A stretch of DNA of 61,793 bases, filler included. It is 6 parts of 6 records of this genome, joined end to end, with 100 filler letters (N's around TTAATTAATTAA, not from the genome) between each part and the next. Parts side by side here need not be neighbours in the genome. Positions count along the whole stretch, not along the records: positions 1 to 9,992 come from DRR723986_22863; 5 more parts are not named here. One strand, written 5' to 3'. Position 1 is the first letter of the stretch; the number at the start of each line of letters is the position of its first letter. Positions 1 to 10,092 of this stretch are shown piece after piece. The translations under genes were made by a program, and so were the position numbers. The notes under the pieces are model-generated. The model ran no database searches and was not told the DNA's origin. It was given only the letters and a program-made list of their open reading frames with translations.

Positions 1-14
1 CAACAAGCCAAAGA

Positions 15-30
15 GTGAGCAATTGCTCAC
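15..30. promoter_or_regulatory. Perfect 16-bp palindrome GTGAGCAATTGCTCAC upstream of the PEPC-like gene, candidate operator
   Basis: Exact inverted repeat read directly, about 80 bp upstream of the ATG at 112. Confidence 0.4.
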
Positions 31-111
31 GTCCCCATACCCCTCTTCCTGATTACATTACCTCACGCTGATTATTCTCATGACTCCGAAAAATTCAATG
101 GAGTCTTCACC

Positions 112-2847
112 ATGTTTCGCGCGGTTTTAAGTCACGCTGGCCCTCAAGTCCTGATGTCTGCAGGAAAGAATGCATTGCGAAGAAGCAACTCAGGCTCGGT
201 ATCTTCGCAGATAGTGAGTCCGCTGGCCTGCAAGCTCAAGGACATCCGAAAAAACACCCATACAAACTTGAAACTTCAGCTTCAGAAAAGCCTGCCACCT
301 GTCAAATTTGAGCAAACCCAGGAATTGACTGAACAGATTGAAACTGAAGAGCCAGATTTTGATCAACTTCACGCACAGATGGCGGAGTTTGTTCAGACGC
401 ATAAGAATGATCCTGAGGCTATCGTCGGGGCGTTGAAGTACCTGAACAGTCAACTGATGATATTGAGCGCAGCAGAGCGACAAATCAAAGCGGAAAATGC
501 ACCGATCGATCAATGGCTCGTTCAAGGTTTGAAATCCCTGATTGATCACTCCTCGAACCAGGGGGAATCCATTGTTCAAACACTCTCAAACACAAAAATT
601 TCGCCAGTGTTTACTGCGCACCCGACCAATTTCAATAAACCCGAAGCGAGCGCCATTGTGCTCTCCCAACTGGACGACATTGCAAGTCCCCATGGAAACG
701 CAAAAGTCTGTCAAGAACTCTGGGAAACCCAAGGCGTTCGAAACCTGAAACCCACGGTTCAGGACGAGGCCAGGCAATTCTCTTCCAACATCCGTCATCT
801 GCACAGCTCGGGCCGAACCATTCACAAATACATCAACCAACAACTTTCAGTTTTACCCGATCAATTGAAACTGTCAAAACCCTTGGTTGAAGCCGGGAAT
901 TGGGTGGGCGGCGATCGGGATGGAAATCCGAACATTGATGCAAAGGTGCTCAAAGACGTGGTCAGAACCCTGAGCGCTGCAGCTTTTGAATACTTTGAAA
1001 AGAAAATAGGCCAGGAGAAAAACACCCAAGCCGGTAGCCTTTGCAATCTGCTTTGTAAATCCGGACACTCGGAATCCCTCACCTTAATTCGGCAAAAGCT
1101 GGCACGCACCCGAGCACATTTGGTGGGCGAAACCGCACTGCCAATTCAGGGCGATTTGTATCTGAATGCGAATGAACTGGTAAGTGATCTTGAATCCTTG
1201 GATATCGACAATTTGAACACTCAGGAAAAAGCAATCCTTCAAGGAAAGCTTGATTTGCTGAAACTGGATGCGGACAGCATTGGCTTTCATGGGGCCAACA
1301 CTGACATTCGACAAAACAGCGCAATGAATGAAAAAACAGTCGGCGAATTGTTGAGAAGATCTGGCGGCCCCAGCAATTATGAGAGCTTGGGAGAAGTTGA
1401 AAAACAAACATTGCTGACCAGCCTGTTACTAGGCAACAGCGCACTCGTGCTCAGTGATGTCCCGATTGACGGCCAGGGCAATAATCCTGAATTTGAACGG
1501 GAAATCGGATTGATCAAAAGCTATAAAACCATTCATGACACCTACGGACCACAGGCACTGAAAAACTGCATTACGGCCAACACAGAAACCATGAGTGACA
1601 TGCTCGAGGTCATGCTGCTACTGAAATATGCTGGCCTGGCCGACGAACACGGAATCAAGATGAACGTTGTGCCGCTGATAGAGACAGTGAGAGACCTGCA
1701 CAACGGCCCTGACATTTTGAACAGCATGCTGAATCACCCGTGGTATCGACAGGCTCTGAAATCCAGTGGCAATCAACAACAAATCATGGTTGGATATTCA
1801 GACAGCAATCGCTTGGATGGCCCACTTGCCTCTAGCTGGGCTGTATATGAGGGCACGGCCAAAATGCAGGAGGTCGCGAATCAAAACAAGATAAATTTGC
1901 ATGTATTTCATGGTCGGGGCGGAACCGAGGCCAGGGGCTCAGGCGACTCGTATGCACAGGAAATCAGATCAAGCAACGGTGCCAGCCTAGTGACCGGAAT
2001 GCGTCAAACCGAGCAAGGTGAAGAGGTACCGGCGAAATTCGGTACCGAAACAATGTCCAAATCCAACCTGGCAGACATGGTAGGTTCAACATTGGAAACC
2101 ATGTCAAAAGGCACTGATCAGGGACTTGTCAAATACACCAGCACGATGGAAAAACTTGCCCAACATGCTCGCGAAAGCTACGCCAACCTGTACTCCGACC
2201 CCGAACTTCCTCATTTTTTTCAGAGCAGCACCCCCATTGAATTCGTGGGTAAATCCAACGCTGGCAGCCGCCCTGCTTCACGAGCAAGCGACGCAGGGGG
2301 TCAACTGAACCTCGGTAAGCTGCGCGCAATCCCTTGGGTGGGCTCTTGGTATCAATCTGGCAGCGCCATGCCTGCATACTTCGGCACGGGCAGTGCAATC
2401 AAACAATTTATCGAACAACCGACTGGCACCACCACGGCACTAGAACGAACCACGCAACTGCAAACAATGTACAAAGAATGGCCATTCTTCAAAACCTTGA
2501 TTGACCGAACCGCCACCGCCATGGAAAAAGCCGACATGACAATTGCACAGGGGTACGCAAAATTGGCGCCGGCTCAATCGCAGGGTGTATTCGAGAAAAT
2601 CAAGAATGAATACGAACTGACCAAAGAGATGATTCTGAACATCAAACAATCGAACAATCTGATGGATCACAATCCCGTCGATGCAGAAATACTTGCAGTA
2701 AAAAAACCATTGACGCAAGCGGCACATGCCATGCAAATTGGTTTGCTCAAAGCCCACCAACAGGCAGGCCCTGAGATTCGGGACAAGCTGGTCGAACCGA
2801 TTGTCATGTCGATGCAGGCGATCGCCAGTTCCAACCGATTTGGTTAA
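112..2847 (+). CDS. ppc: Divergent phosphoenolpyruvate carboxylase with N-terminal extension
   Basis: PEPC motifs VFTAHPT, WVGGDRDGNP, DIRQNS, VVPLIET, QIMVGYSDS, FHGRGG..RG, RQTEQGE, GSRPASR, LRAIPW; GGAG RBS at 100-103; C-terminus NRFG instead of RNTG. Confidence 0.88.
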   Translation: MFRAVLSHAGPQVLMSAGKNALRRSNSGSVSSQIVSPLACKLKDIRKNTHTNLKLQLQKSLPPVKFEQTQELTEQIETEEPDFDQLHAQMAEFVQTHKNDPEAIVGALKYLNSQLMILSAAERQIKAENAPIDQWLVQGLKSLIDHSSNQGESIVQTLSNTKISPVFTAHPTNFNKPEASAIVLSQLDDIASPHGNAKVCQELWETQGVRNLKPTVQDEARQFSSNIRHLHSSGRTIHKYINQQLSVLPDQLKLSKPLVEAGNWVGGDRDGNPNIDAKVLKDVVRTLSAAAFEYFEKKIGQEKNTQAGSLCNLLCKSGHSESLTLIRQKLARTRAHLVGETALPIQGDLYLNANELVSDLESLDIDNLNTQEKAILQGKLDLLKLDADSIGFHGANTDIRQNSAMNEKTVGELLRRSGGPSNYESLGEVEKQTLLTSLLLGNSALVLSDVPIDGQGNNPEFEREIGLIKSYKTIHDTYGPQALKNCITANTETMSDMLEVMLLLKYAGLADEHGIKMNVVPLIETVRDLHNGPDILNSMLNHPWYRQALKSSGNQQQIMVGYSDSNRLDGPLASSWAVYEGTAKMQEVANQNKINLHVFHGRGGTEARGSGDSYAQEIRSSNGASLVTGMRQTEQGEEVPAKFGTETMSKSNLADMVGSTLETMSKGTDQGLVKYTSTMEKLAQHARESYANLYSDPELPHFFQSSTPIEFVGKSNAGSRPASRASDAGGQLNLGKLRAIPWVGSWYQSGSAMPAYFGTGSAIKQFIEQPTGTTTALERTTQLQTMYKEWPFFKTLIDRTATAMEKADMTIAQGYAKLAPAQSQGVFEKIKNEYELTKEMILNIKQSNNLMDHNPVDAEILAVKKPLTQAAHAMQIGLLKAHQQAGPEIRDKLVEPIVMSMQAIASSNRFG

Positions 2848-4349
2848 ACAGCAGTTCCCGCATGAATGGGCGGACGTTTGCCTGCCCATGGCTTGGATTG
2901 CTCCAACTGCGCCGCCAGGTTCAACAACACGTTTTCCTCACCAAAACGTCCCGTGAACATCATGCCCACTGGAATGCCTTGCGCATTCCAGTGCAAGGGC
3001 ACACTCATTGACGGTTGACCCGTGACATTGGCCGGCATGGTTTGGGAACAGTACTGATATACACGCCGACCCGCTTTTAATACAAAGTCCTTTTGCTTGG
3101 CAATAAAACCAATTGGCAGATAGCTGAGTGCTTTCAATTCGACCATCTCTTGCGAGGTTGGACGAAGCCCCCCGACGGCGATGGGTAATTCACCCAGAGT
3201 ACTTGTCAATAAAGCATCGTAGGGCTCAAAAAAAGTCATCCATTGGCGGGAAAACTGCGCCATGGTCCACACTGCATTGGCGACGTCACCACCATTAAAG
3301 CTACGACCCAATTTCATCAATGCCCATGTCCGCGCCTCAAAATCGGCTGCCTTGCCCTTTCGTCCTAATACACGTTCGCCTTCTTTCAAGGTTGCGGCCA
3401 TTTCTGAACACACCAATACAGTGTAGGCGTATATAAAGTCCTCCTTGTTGATAGGCAGGCGAACTTCCTCACACACATGGCCAAGGCTTTCAAGCAACTT
3501 GACTGTTTCAAGCACTCCTTGCTGACAATCAGCATGCAGAGTTTCGCCCAAGGCTGGATCAAGTGAATAGGCAATTTTCAGTTTTTTGGGTTTTGCTTCA
3601 ATGGCAGCTGCATATGTTTTTGCGGGCGGTGCGATACGCAGTAGTTGACCGGGATAATTGCCTTGCAAGCAATCAAGCATGTGTGCAGAATCACGCACGG
3701 TGCGAGATACCACATGCTCTGCGATGAACCCGAACCAGCCATCTGCTTGATCAGGACCGGAGGGCACGCGCCCGCGAGTGGGCTTCAAGCCAAACAGGCC
3801 GGTGCAGGATGCCGGGACTCGAATTGAACCACCCCCATCACTTGCGCTGGCCATGGGCACGATACCCGCTGCAACGGCTGCTGAAGCACCGCCACTGGAA
3901 CCACCAGGGCTGCGCAGTGGATCCCAAGGGTTACGGCATGGACCTGTCAGTTCAGGTTCAGTCGAAGGTGTAATGCCGAATTCCGGCGTAGCGGTTTTTC
4001 CAAAAATATTCAGCCCGGCCCGCTTGAAACGTTTTACATATTCCGAATCTTCAGAGGGTACGAAGCCTTTGTAGAATCGACTGCCGCAGCTCATCTCGAC
4101 ACCGGCATAGCTGGCAATCAAATCCTTTAATAAAAATGGAACTCCTGCAAAGGGTCCCTCGACAGTTTCTTTGGCACGCGCACGAGCAATGTCGTACATG
4201 GGTCGAATCACCGCATTAATGCGTGGGTTGACCTTCTCTGTGCGAGCGATGCTCTCCTCGAGCAGTTCGGCTGCGCTCACCTCACCTTTTTTGATCAACT
4301 CGGCAAGACCAAGGGCGTCGAACTGGTCATATTCTTTGAAACCTGCCAT
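2844..4349 (-). CDS. Amidase signature family protein
   Basis: [23 protein letters not shown] and [12 protein letters not shown] motifs (Ser-cisSer-Lys triad). Confidence 0.93.
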   Translation of the reverse strand: MAGFKEYDQFDALGLAELIKKGEVSAAELLEESIARTEKVNPRINAVIRPMYDIARARAKETVEGPFAGVPFLLKDLIASYAGVEMSCGSRFYKGFVPSEDSEYVKRFKRAGLNIFGKTATPEFGITPSTEPELTGPCRNPWDPLRSPGGSSGGASAAVAAGIVPMASASDGGGSIRVPASCTGLFGLKPTRGRVPSGPDQADGWFGFIAEHVVSRTVRDSAHMLDCLQGNYPGQLLRIAPPAKTYAAAIEAKPKKLKIAYSLDPALGETLHADCQQGVLETVKLLESLGHVCEEVRLPINKEDFIYAYTVLVCSEMAATLKEGERVLGRKGKAADFEARTWALMKLGRSFNGGDVANAVWTMAQFSRQWMTFFEPYDALLTSTLGELPIAVGGLRPTSQEMVELKALSYLPIGFIAKQKDFVLKAGRRVYQYCSQTMPANVTGQPSMSVPLHWNAQGIPVGMMFTGRFGEENVLLNLAAQLEQSKPWAGKRPPIHAGTAV

Positions 4350-4483
4350 TTTTATTGTGTCTCCGAAAAACTGGTGTAGCTATGAATGTAAGTGAATATC
4401 TTACCCCACTCAGGTAATACCCACCCTGATTGAAAACAGGAAGAATAAGACATCCGAAACTTTAATTGCTTTGGTTACATGAC

Positions 4484-4906
4484 ATGAAATCACCGTTTAT
4501 CGCTTGTGTGGTATTTAGCGACTACCCCATAAAAACAATGGCTTACCAGCGTTTTCTGAGTGGCTTGGGTGAGAAATGTGTCTACTCCTTTCGCAGTATC
4601 GATCTTGATTTCACAGAACTTTCACGTGCCAGGCTCGTGATTTGCGACATGAACATCATGAAAGAATTTGAAGAAGCTGCGCTGAGCAAGCTGGAAAGAA
4701 CCTTTCGCACTGCGAATATTCTGTTTCTTGAAGAAGATCACAGCGATATGCGTGTCAAATTTTCAAATCAGAGGGATATTTGTCGCTTGGGCAAACTTGC
4801 TGAAATCAACGTGATTCACTCGACGTTGAAAGAACTGCTTTTACAGACCAACAGAAAACCAAAAAAGAACCCACGCCATCGAGATGCGCAAATCGAGCAA
4901 ACGTAA
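4484..4906 (+). CDS. Hypothetical protein, degenerate receiver (REC)-like domain
   Basis: ATG at 4484; alternating beta/alpha pattern with LVICD strand; followed by a terminator. Confidence 0.55.
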   Translation: MKSPFIACVVFSDYPIKTMAYQRFLSGLGEKCVYSFRSIDLDFTELSRARLVICDMNIMKEFEEAALSKLERTFRTANILFLEEDHSDMRVKFSNQRDICRLGKLAEINVIHSTLKELLLQTNRKPKKNPRHRDAQIEQT

Positions 4907-4940
4907 AAAAGCCACCCAAGGGTGGCTTTTTTACGTTTGC
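4897..4940. terminator. Bidirectional intrinsic terminator
   Basis: 21-bp arms GCAAACGTAAAAAAGCCACCC / GGGTGGCTTTTTTACGTTTGC between convergent genes. Confidence 0.85.
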
Positions 4941-4987
4941 CATAACAGCCCGGGAGAAACCCCGAGCTATCCGCTCGGGCCGCCAAA

Positions 4988-7570
4988 TTAAGCAGCCAAC
5001 TCAGCCTTGTTTGCAATGTCCACAAACTCCTGAATCTGGTCGAAGTTCATGTAACGGTAAACTTCACCAGACACATTGCCCAGCATTTTTACCTGTTCCA
5101 TGTACTCTTCCACAGTTGGGATCTTGCCCATCAGCGCACACACTGCGGCCAGTTCGGCCGAGCTGAGATACACGCGGGTGTCAATGCCCAAACGGTTCGG
5201 GAAGTTACGTGTAGAAGTGGACACGGCAGTGGAACCCTTGCGGATTTGTGCCTGGTTACCCATACACAAAGAACAGCCCGGTAATTCCATGCGAGCACCC
5301 GTGCGGCCCAGAATGCCGTAGTAGCCTTCTTCGGTCAGAATGTGCTGATCCATCTTCGTGGGCGGAGCAATCCACAAACGGGTTGGAATGTCACTCTTGC
5401 CTTCCAGTACCTTACCGGCTGCGCGGAAGTGACCAATGTTGGTCATGCAAGAGCCGATAAACACCTCATCAATCTTGTCGCCAGCGACTTCGCTCAAGAA
5501 CTTCACGTCGTCCGGATCGTTCGGACATGCAAGGATAGGTTCCTTGATGTCTTTCAGGTCGATTTCGATCACAGCGGCATACTCAGCGTCCGCGTCGGCC
5601 TTCAGCAACTCAGGGTTTGCAATCCAGGCTTCCAAAGCCTTGATGCGGCGTGTCAGTGTGCGTGCGTCCTGATAGCCTTGAGCAATCATCCACTTCATCA
5701 AGGTGATGTTGGACTTCATGTACTCAATGATGGGCTCTTTGTCCAAATGCACGGTACAACCCGCAGCAGAGCGTTCTGCAGAGGCGTCTGACAATTCGAA
5801 TGCCTGTTCAACTTTCAGTTGTGGCAGACCTTCAATTTCCAGAATACGGCCCGAGAAAATGTTCTTCTTGCCTTTCTTCTCGACAGTCAACAGGCCTGCC
5901 TTGATTGCGTACAAAGGAATTGCGTTGACCAGATCACGCAAGGTAACGCCAGGCTGCATTTCACCCTTGAAACGCACCAAGACGGATTCAGGCATGTCCA
6001 AAGGCATGACACCTGTGGCGGCAGCAAACGCGACCAAGCCAGAACCGGCCGGGAAAGAGATGCCGATCGGGAAACGGGTATGTGAATCGCCACCAGTGCC
6101 GACAGTGTCGGGCATCAACAAGCGGTTCAACCAGCTGTGAATTACACCATCACCTGGACGTAGCGCCACACCACCACGGTTCTCAATGAAATCGGGCAGT
6201 TCGTGGTGCATTTTCACGTCCACTGGCTTGGGATAGGCCGCCGTGTGGCAGAAGGACTGCATCACCAAATCAGCAGAGAAGCCCAAACAGGCCAGGTCTT
6301 TCAATTCGTCGCGAGTCATTGGGCCGGTGGTGTCCTGAGAACCCACTGTGGTCATCTTGGGTTCGCAGTAAGTACCAGGGCGAACACCTTCCACGCCACA
6401 GGCCTTGCCCACCATTTTCTGGGCCAGACTGTAGCCCTTTGTAGAGGCAGCCTGAGAAGAAGGACGGCGGAACACTGGGCTTGGGCCTTGACCCAAAGCA
6501 GCTCGCGCACGGTCAGTCAGACCACGACCAATAATCAGGGGAATACGGCCACCTGCGCGCACTTCATCGAACAGCACATCGGTTTTCACGCTGAATTCAG
6601 CAATTACCGCGCCGTTTTTCAGAGCTTTGCCTTCGAAGGGACGCAGTTCAATTTCGTCGCCCATGTCCATTTGGCTGACATCCAGTTCGATTGGCAATGC
6701 ACCAGCGTCTTCCATGGTGTTGAAGAAAATTGGGGCAATCTTGTTGCCCAGGCAATACCCACCGAAACGCTTGTTGGGAATGAAAGGAATGTCATCGCCA
6801 GTAAACCACAACACGCTATTGGTGGCGGACTTGCGTGATGAACCTGTACCTACCACATCGCCCACGTACGCGATCGGATTGCCTTTGGCGATCAGGGCTT
6901 GCAACTGCTTGATGGGGCCAACCTTGCCCGGCTCATCAGCTTCAATACCGGGACGTGGGTTTTTCAACATGGCCAAGGCGTGCAATGGAATGTCGGGACG
7001 GCTCCATGCATCGGGTGCTGGCGACAGATCGTCGGTGTTGGTTTCACCCGTGACCTTGAACACAGTCAATTTGATGCTTTGTGGTACTTCGGGGCGGCTG
7101 GTGAACCACTCGGCGTCTGCCCAGCTTTGCATCACTTTCTTGGCGGTGGCGCTGCCCTTGTCGGCCAGGTCTTTCACATCGTGGAAGTAATCAAACATCA
7201 ACAGGGTTTTTGACAAAGCTTCAGCGGCAATCTCGCCCACTTCTGAATCGTTCAAGGCGTCGATCAGAGGTTTGATGTTGAAACCACCCAGCATGGTACC
7301 CAGCAGGAAAGTAGCTTTCTTGCGGTCAATTAATTTGCAAGTGTCAGTACCATTCACAATCGCAGCCAAAAAGGCAGATTTCACCTTGGCGGCATCATCC
7401 ACACCGGCGGGTACTCGGTTGGTGATCAGGTCCAGCAGAAACTCTTCTTCGCCTGCGGGCGGGTTTTTCAGCAACTGAACCAGGTCAGCAGTTTGCTGGG
7501 CAGACAAAGGCAGTGGAGGAATGCCCAACGCTGCGCGCTCGGCAACGTGTTGGCGATAGGACTCAAGCAT
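4988..7570 (-). CDS. acnB: Aconitate hydratase B / 2-methylisocitrate dehydratase
   Basis: [19 protein letters not shown] start, [47 protein letters not shown]. Confidence 0.98.
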   Translation of the reverse strand: MLESYRQHVAERAALGIPPLPLSAQQTADLVQLLKNPPAGEEEFLLDLITNRVPAGVDDAAKVKSAFLAAIVNGTDTCKLIDRKKATFLLGTMLGGFNIKPLIDALNDSEVGEIAAEALSKTLLMFDYFHDVKDLADKGSATAKKVMQSWADAEWFTSRPEVPQSIKLTVFKVTGETNTDDLSPAPDAWSRPDIPLHALAMLKNPRPGIEADEPGKVGPIKQLQALIAKGNPIAYVGDVVGTGSSRKSATNSVLWFTGDDIPFIPNKRFGGYCLGNKIAPIFFNTMEDAGALPIELDVSQMDMGDEIELRPFEGKALKNGAVIAEFSVKTDVLFDEVRAGGRIPLIIGRGLTDRARAALGQGPSPVFRRPSSQAASTKGYSLAQKMVGKACGVEGVRPGTYCEPKMTTVGSQDTTGPMTRDELKDLACLGFSADLVMQSFCHTAAYPKPVDVKMHHELPDFIENRGGVALRPGDGVIHSWLNRLLMPDTVGTGGDSHTRFPIGISFPAGSGLVAFAAATGVMPLDMPESVLVRFKGEMQPGVTLRDLVNAIPLYAIKAGLLTVEKKGKKNIFSGRILEIEGLPQLKVEQAFELSDASAERSAAGCTVHLDKEPIIEYMKSNITLMKWMIAQGYQDARTLTRRIKALEAWIANPELLKADADAEYAAVIEIDLKDIKEPILACPNDPDDVKFLSEVAGDKIDEVFIGSCMTNIGHFRAAGKVLEGKSDIPTRLWIAPPTKMDQHILTEEGYYGILGRTGARMELPGCSLCMGNQAQIRKGSTAVSTSTRNFPNRLGIDTRVYLSSAELAAVCALMGKIPTVEEYMEQVKMLGNVSGEVYRYMNFDQIQEFVDIANKAELAA

Positions 7571-7682
7571 GAGATCTCCCTAGATTGGGTGAGGGTCAAT
7601 AGAAACTGTGTAATTTTGAGGCAGTTCGCACGCGCACACAAGTGTTGCGATGCAAAAGTGGCGGGGTTTCGAAGCCTCTCAA

Positions 7683-7702
7683 GTCTTATATATGATATAG
7701 GA
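7683..7702. promoter_or_regulatory. Putative SdhR-type (GntR/HutC) box upstream of acnB
   Basis: GTCTTATATATGATATAGGA resembles the TCTTATATAAGACATAAGA-type motif recalled for Burkholderiales TCA-cycle genes. Confidence 0.55.
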
Positions 7703-7753
7703 CTTTCCCTTGATTTTGAAGGGGGTTAGGTCGATTCGGCCTGCTTTTAGAGC

Positions 7754-8758
7754 CTATTGTCGCTTTGCACGCTGATATTTGGCAGGGCTGATCCCAGTGA
7801 CTCGTTTAAAGGCATGCGTGAACGCACTTTGATCGTTGTAGGCCAGAAAATTGGCAATATCAGCCAAGCTGAGCTCGCCCGCCTGAAGGCAGTTTTTGGC
7901 CATTTCAATCCGCACCTGCTCCAGTTCATCTCGGAAACTACGGTCATGTTCATTCAATCGTCGTTGCAGGGTACGTGTGCTCATCAACAACCGCCGGGCC
8001 ACGACCTCTAGCGTGGGCAACCCAGCGGTTATGGACTCCTGAAGGGCTTTCTGCAAGCCCGGCACTGCCTCATCGCCTGCCTTCACCTGTTTCAGCAACA
8101 GCTGCGCCTGCTGATCGAGCATGCTGCGCATGACCTGGTCAGGTGCTTTCAAAGGCGTTTCAAGCAGACTGGTTGGCCAAACTACCTCTGTGCAATCTCC
8201 GTCAAAACCCACCTCGCATTGAAAAAATGCATTGAAATCTTCAGCATTAAGCGGCTTAGGGTTGATGAATTGCACGCGGCGTGGGTAAACCGGTGAGGCA
8301 ATCAGGTGCTGGGTAAATACGACCAACACGCCAATCGCAACTGAGTCCACCCAGTGCCCGGGACGGCCACGTTCAGCGCCCCAACGCAAAACCAGCTCAT
8401 CACCCTGAAACGCGACATTCAGTGCATTGACGCTGTACACCAAATTCTCAAACTGCTGCAATCGTGCAAAAGCCTCTCCCAGGTTGGCGCAACAACTGGC
8501 CACATAACCCAGCAGACCCATATTCGCTGGGCGTACATGGGCTGCAATTTTCAAAGGCATTGCAGGGTCTTGAAGCGCTTGATAGGCCCACTCCAGCATG
8601 GCCTGCCACTGTGGAACGCCAATGCGGTTCAATTCGCCCGCCACAGGCCGGGCAAATGGATTCGTTTGCGCAACGTCAGGGTGTGTTTCAACCAGCCAGT
8701 CAAATAGCAGATTGACGTAGCTGGCAGAAATGTGTCCGAGATTGGAATGCTGGTTCAT
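7754..8758 (-). CDS. AraC-family regulator (Arabinose_bd_2/OruR-like)
   Basis: C-terminal double HTH: MSTRTLQRRL...LADIANFLAYNDQSAFTHAFKRVTGISP. Confidence 0.92.
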   Translation of the reverse strand: MNQHSNLGHISASYVNLLFDWLVETHPDVAQTNPFARPVAGELNRIGVPQWQAMLEWAYQALQDPAMPLKIAAHVRPANMGLLGYVASCCANLGEAFARLQQFENLVYSVNALNVAFQGDELVLRWGAERGRPGHWVDSVAIGVLVVFTQHLIASPVYPRRVQFINPKPLNAEDFNAFFQCEVGFDGDCTEVVWPTSLLETPLKAPDQVMRSMLDQQAQLLLKQVKAGDEAVPGLQKALQESITAGLPTLEVVARRLLMSTRTLQRRLNEHDRSFRDELEQVRIEMAKNCLQAGELSLADIANFLAYNDQSAFTHAFKRVTGISPAKYQRAKRQ

Positions 8759-8848
8759 TATTTGACAATAAATATTGTCAGAAGAGTTTTACCTGTTCTA
8801 TGCTAGCGCGTATTCCGCACAACATCCTCAACAACTCAGCATCACGAC

Positions 8849-9820
8849 ATGAAAAAACACGCCACAGCAATCAAGAGACTAACCACTCTTTTCGCAAGCA
8901 CTGCACTTTTTGGCCTAAGTGCCTGCAACGTTCAAGCACCCGAAGGAGAAATTCAAGGTGTGGCAGGCTTGGCAATTGCCGCGGAACGGGCAGTGTCGGG
9001 ACTGGAACGCAAGGTGCTTCAAATTGACGGTTTTGTGGTCCCGTATTTGCAGGGTGGTCAAGGTGAACCCCTTGTTCTGATTCACGGTTTTGGTGGTTCA
9101 AAAGACAATTTCAATCGAGTGGCTTATTACCTGACCGACCACTACACGGTTTATTCAATTGATGTGCCTGGCTTCGGCGCCTCCACCCGCGACTTGAATG
9201 CCGACTATGTCATCAATACCCAAATTGACCGGGTACATGAAATTATTGAAAAGCTAGGGCTAGAGAAACCACACATTGGCGGCAACTCCATGGGTGGCTG
9301 GATCAGCGGTGCCTATGCAGCAAAGTACCCCGACAATGTGGCTTCAGTGTGGTTTTTGGCACCCGCAGGTTTGGTGGAGTCCAGAAAATCAGAGGTGATT
9401 CAGAAATTCGAGAAAACAGGTGAGATTGTTCTAACTGCCAGCAATCGCCAAGAGTTCGAGAAAATCGTCGATGTCGTGATGTATGAGCGCCCCGCTTTCG
9501 CACCCGGCTTCGTAGTGGATGCCATGGCCGAACGCGCTGCCGCTGACCAGCCATTGCACAAACGCATTTACAAGGACTTTAAAACTGTGCCCTCTGACCT
9601 GGCTACAGTGCTGCCAGCTTCAACATACAAAGGCCCTGGCCTGATTGTTTGGGGCAAGGAAGACAGGGTATTGCATGTGGATGGCGCAGCAGAATTGAAA
9701 TCCGCGATGCCTGATTTCGATGTCATTTTGATGGACAAGGTTGGACATGTCCCGATGATGGAACAACCCAAACAGGTTGCAGCGGACTATGTGAAGTGGC
9801 GTGAGATGATTGCTGAATAA
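8849..9820 (+). CDS. Alpha/beta-fold hydrolase (lipase/esterase), probable lipoprotein
   Basis: Lipobox LSAC, HGFGG oxyanion motif, GNSMGG nucleophile elbow, WGKED, GHVPM; divergent from the AraC gene. Confidence 0.92.
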   Translation: MKKHATAIKRLTTLFASTALFGLSACNVQAPEGEIQGVAGLAIAAERAVSGLERKVLQIDGFVVPYLQGGQGEPLVLIHGFGGSKDNFNRVAYYLTDHYTVYSIDVPGFGASTRDLNADYVINTQIDRVHEIIEKLGLEKPHIGGNSMGGWISGAYAAKYPDNVASVWFLAPAGLVESRKSEVIQKFEKTGEIVLTASNRQEFEKIVDVVMYERPAFAPGFVVDAMAERAAADQPLHKRIYKDFKTVPSDLATVLPASTYKGPGLIVWGKEDRVLHVDGAAELKSAMPDFDVILMDKVGHVPMMEQPKQVAADYVKWREMIAE

Positions 9821-9992
9821 AGTGTAGCCGATGGTTGCCTCTTACCGGGTTATGGCTCACTGCCCGTGTCGCATCACCGAGCCTTGCCGGGCTTTGATTC
9901 CCTTCTTGAATGCTGGCTTGGGGCAAGCGAAACGCAAAAGCGTTTTCGCATCGATTGCTAAGGCAATCGCCCCTCGCTGCGCATCAAGCGGG

Positions 9993-10092
9993 NNNNNNNN
10001 NNNNNNNNNNNNNNNNNNNNNNNNNNNNNNNNNNNNTTAATTAATTAANNNNNNNNNNNNNNNNNNNNNNNNNNNNNNNNNNNNNNNNNNNN
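9993..10092. other. Artificial contig spacer
   Basis: N-run + TTAATTAATTAA (stops in six frames) + N-run. Confidence 0.99.

Noticed and set aside
9821-9992. Short ORFs at the end of contig 1
   Set aside because: Too short and truncated to identify
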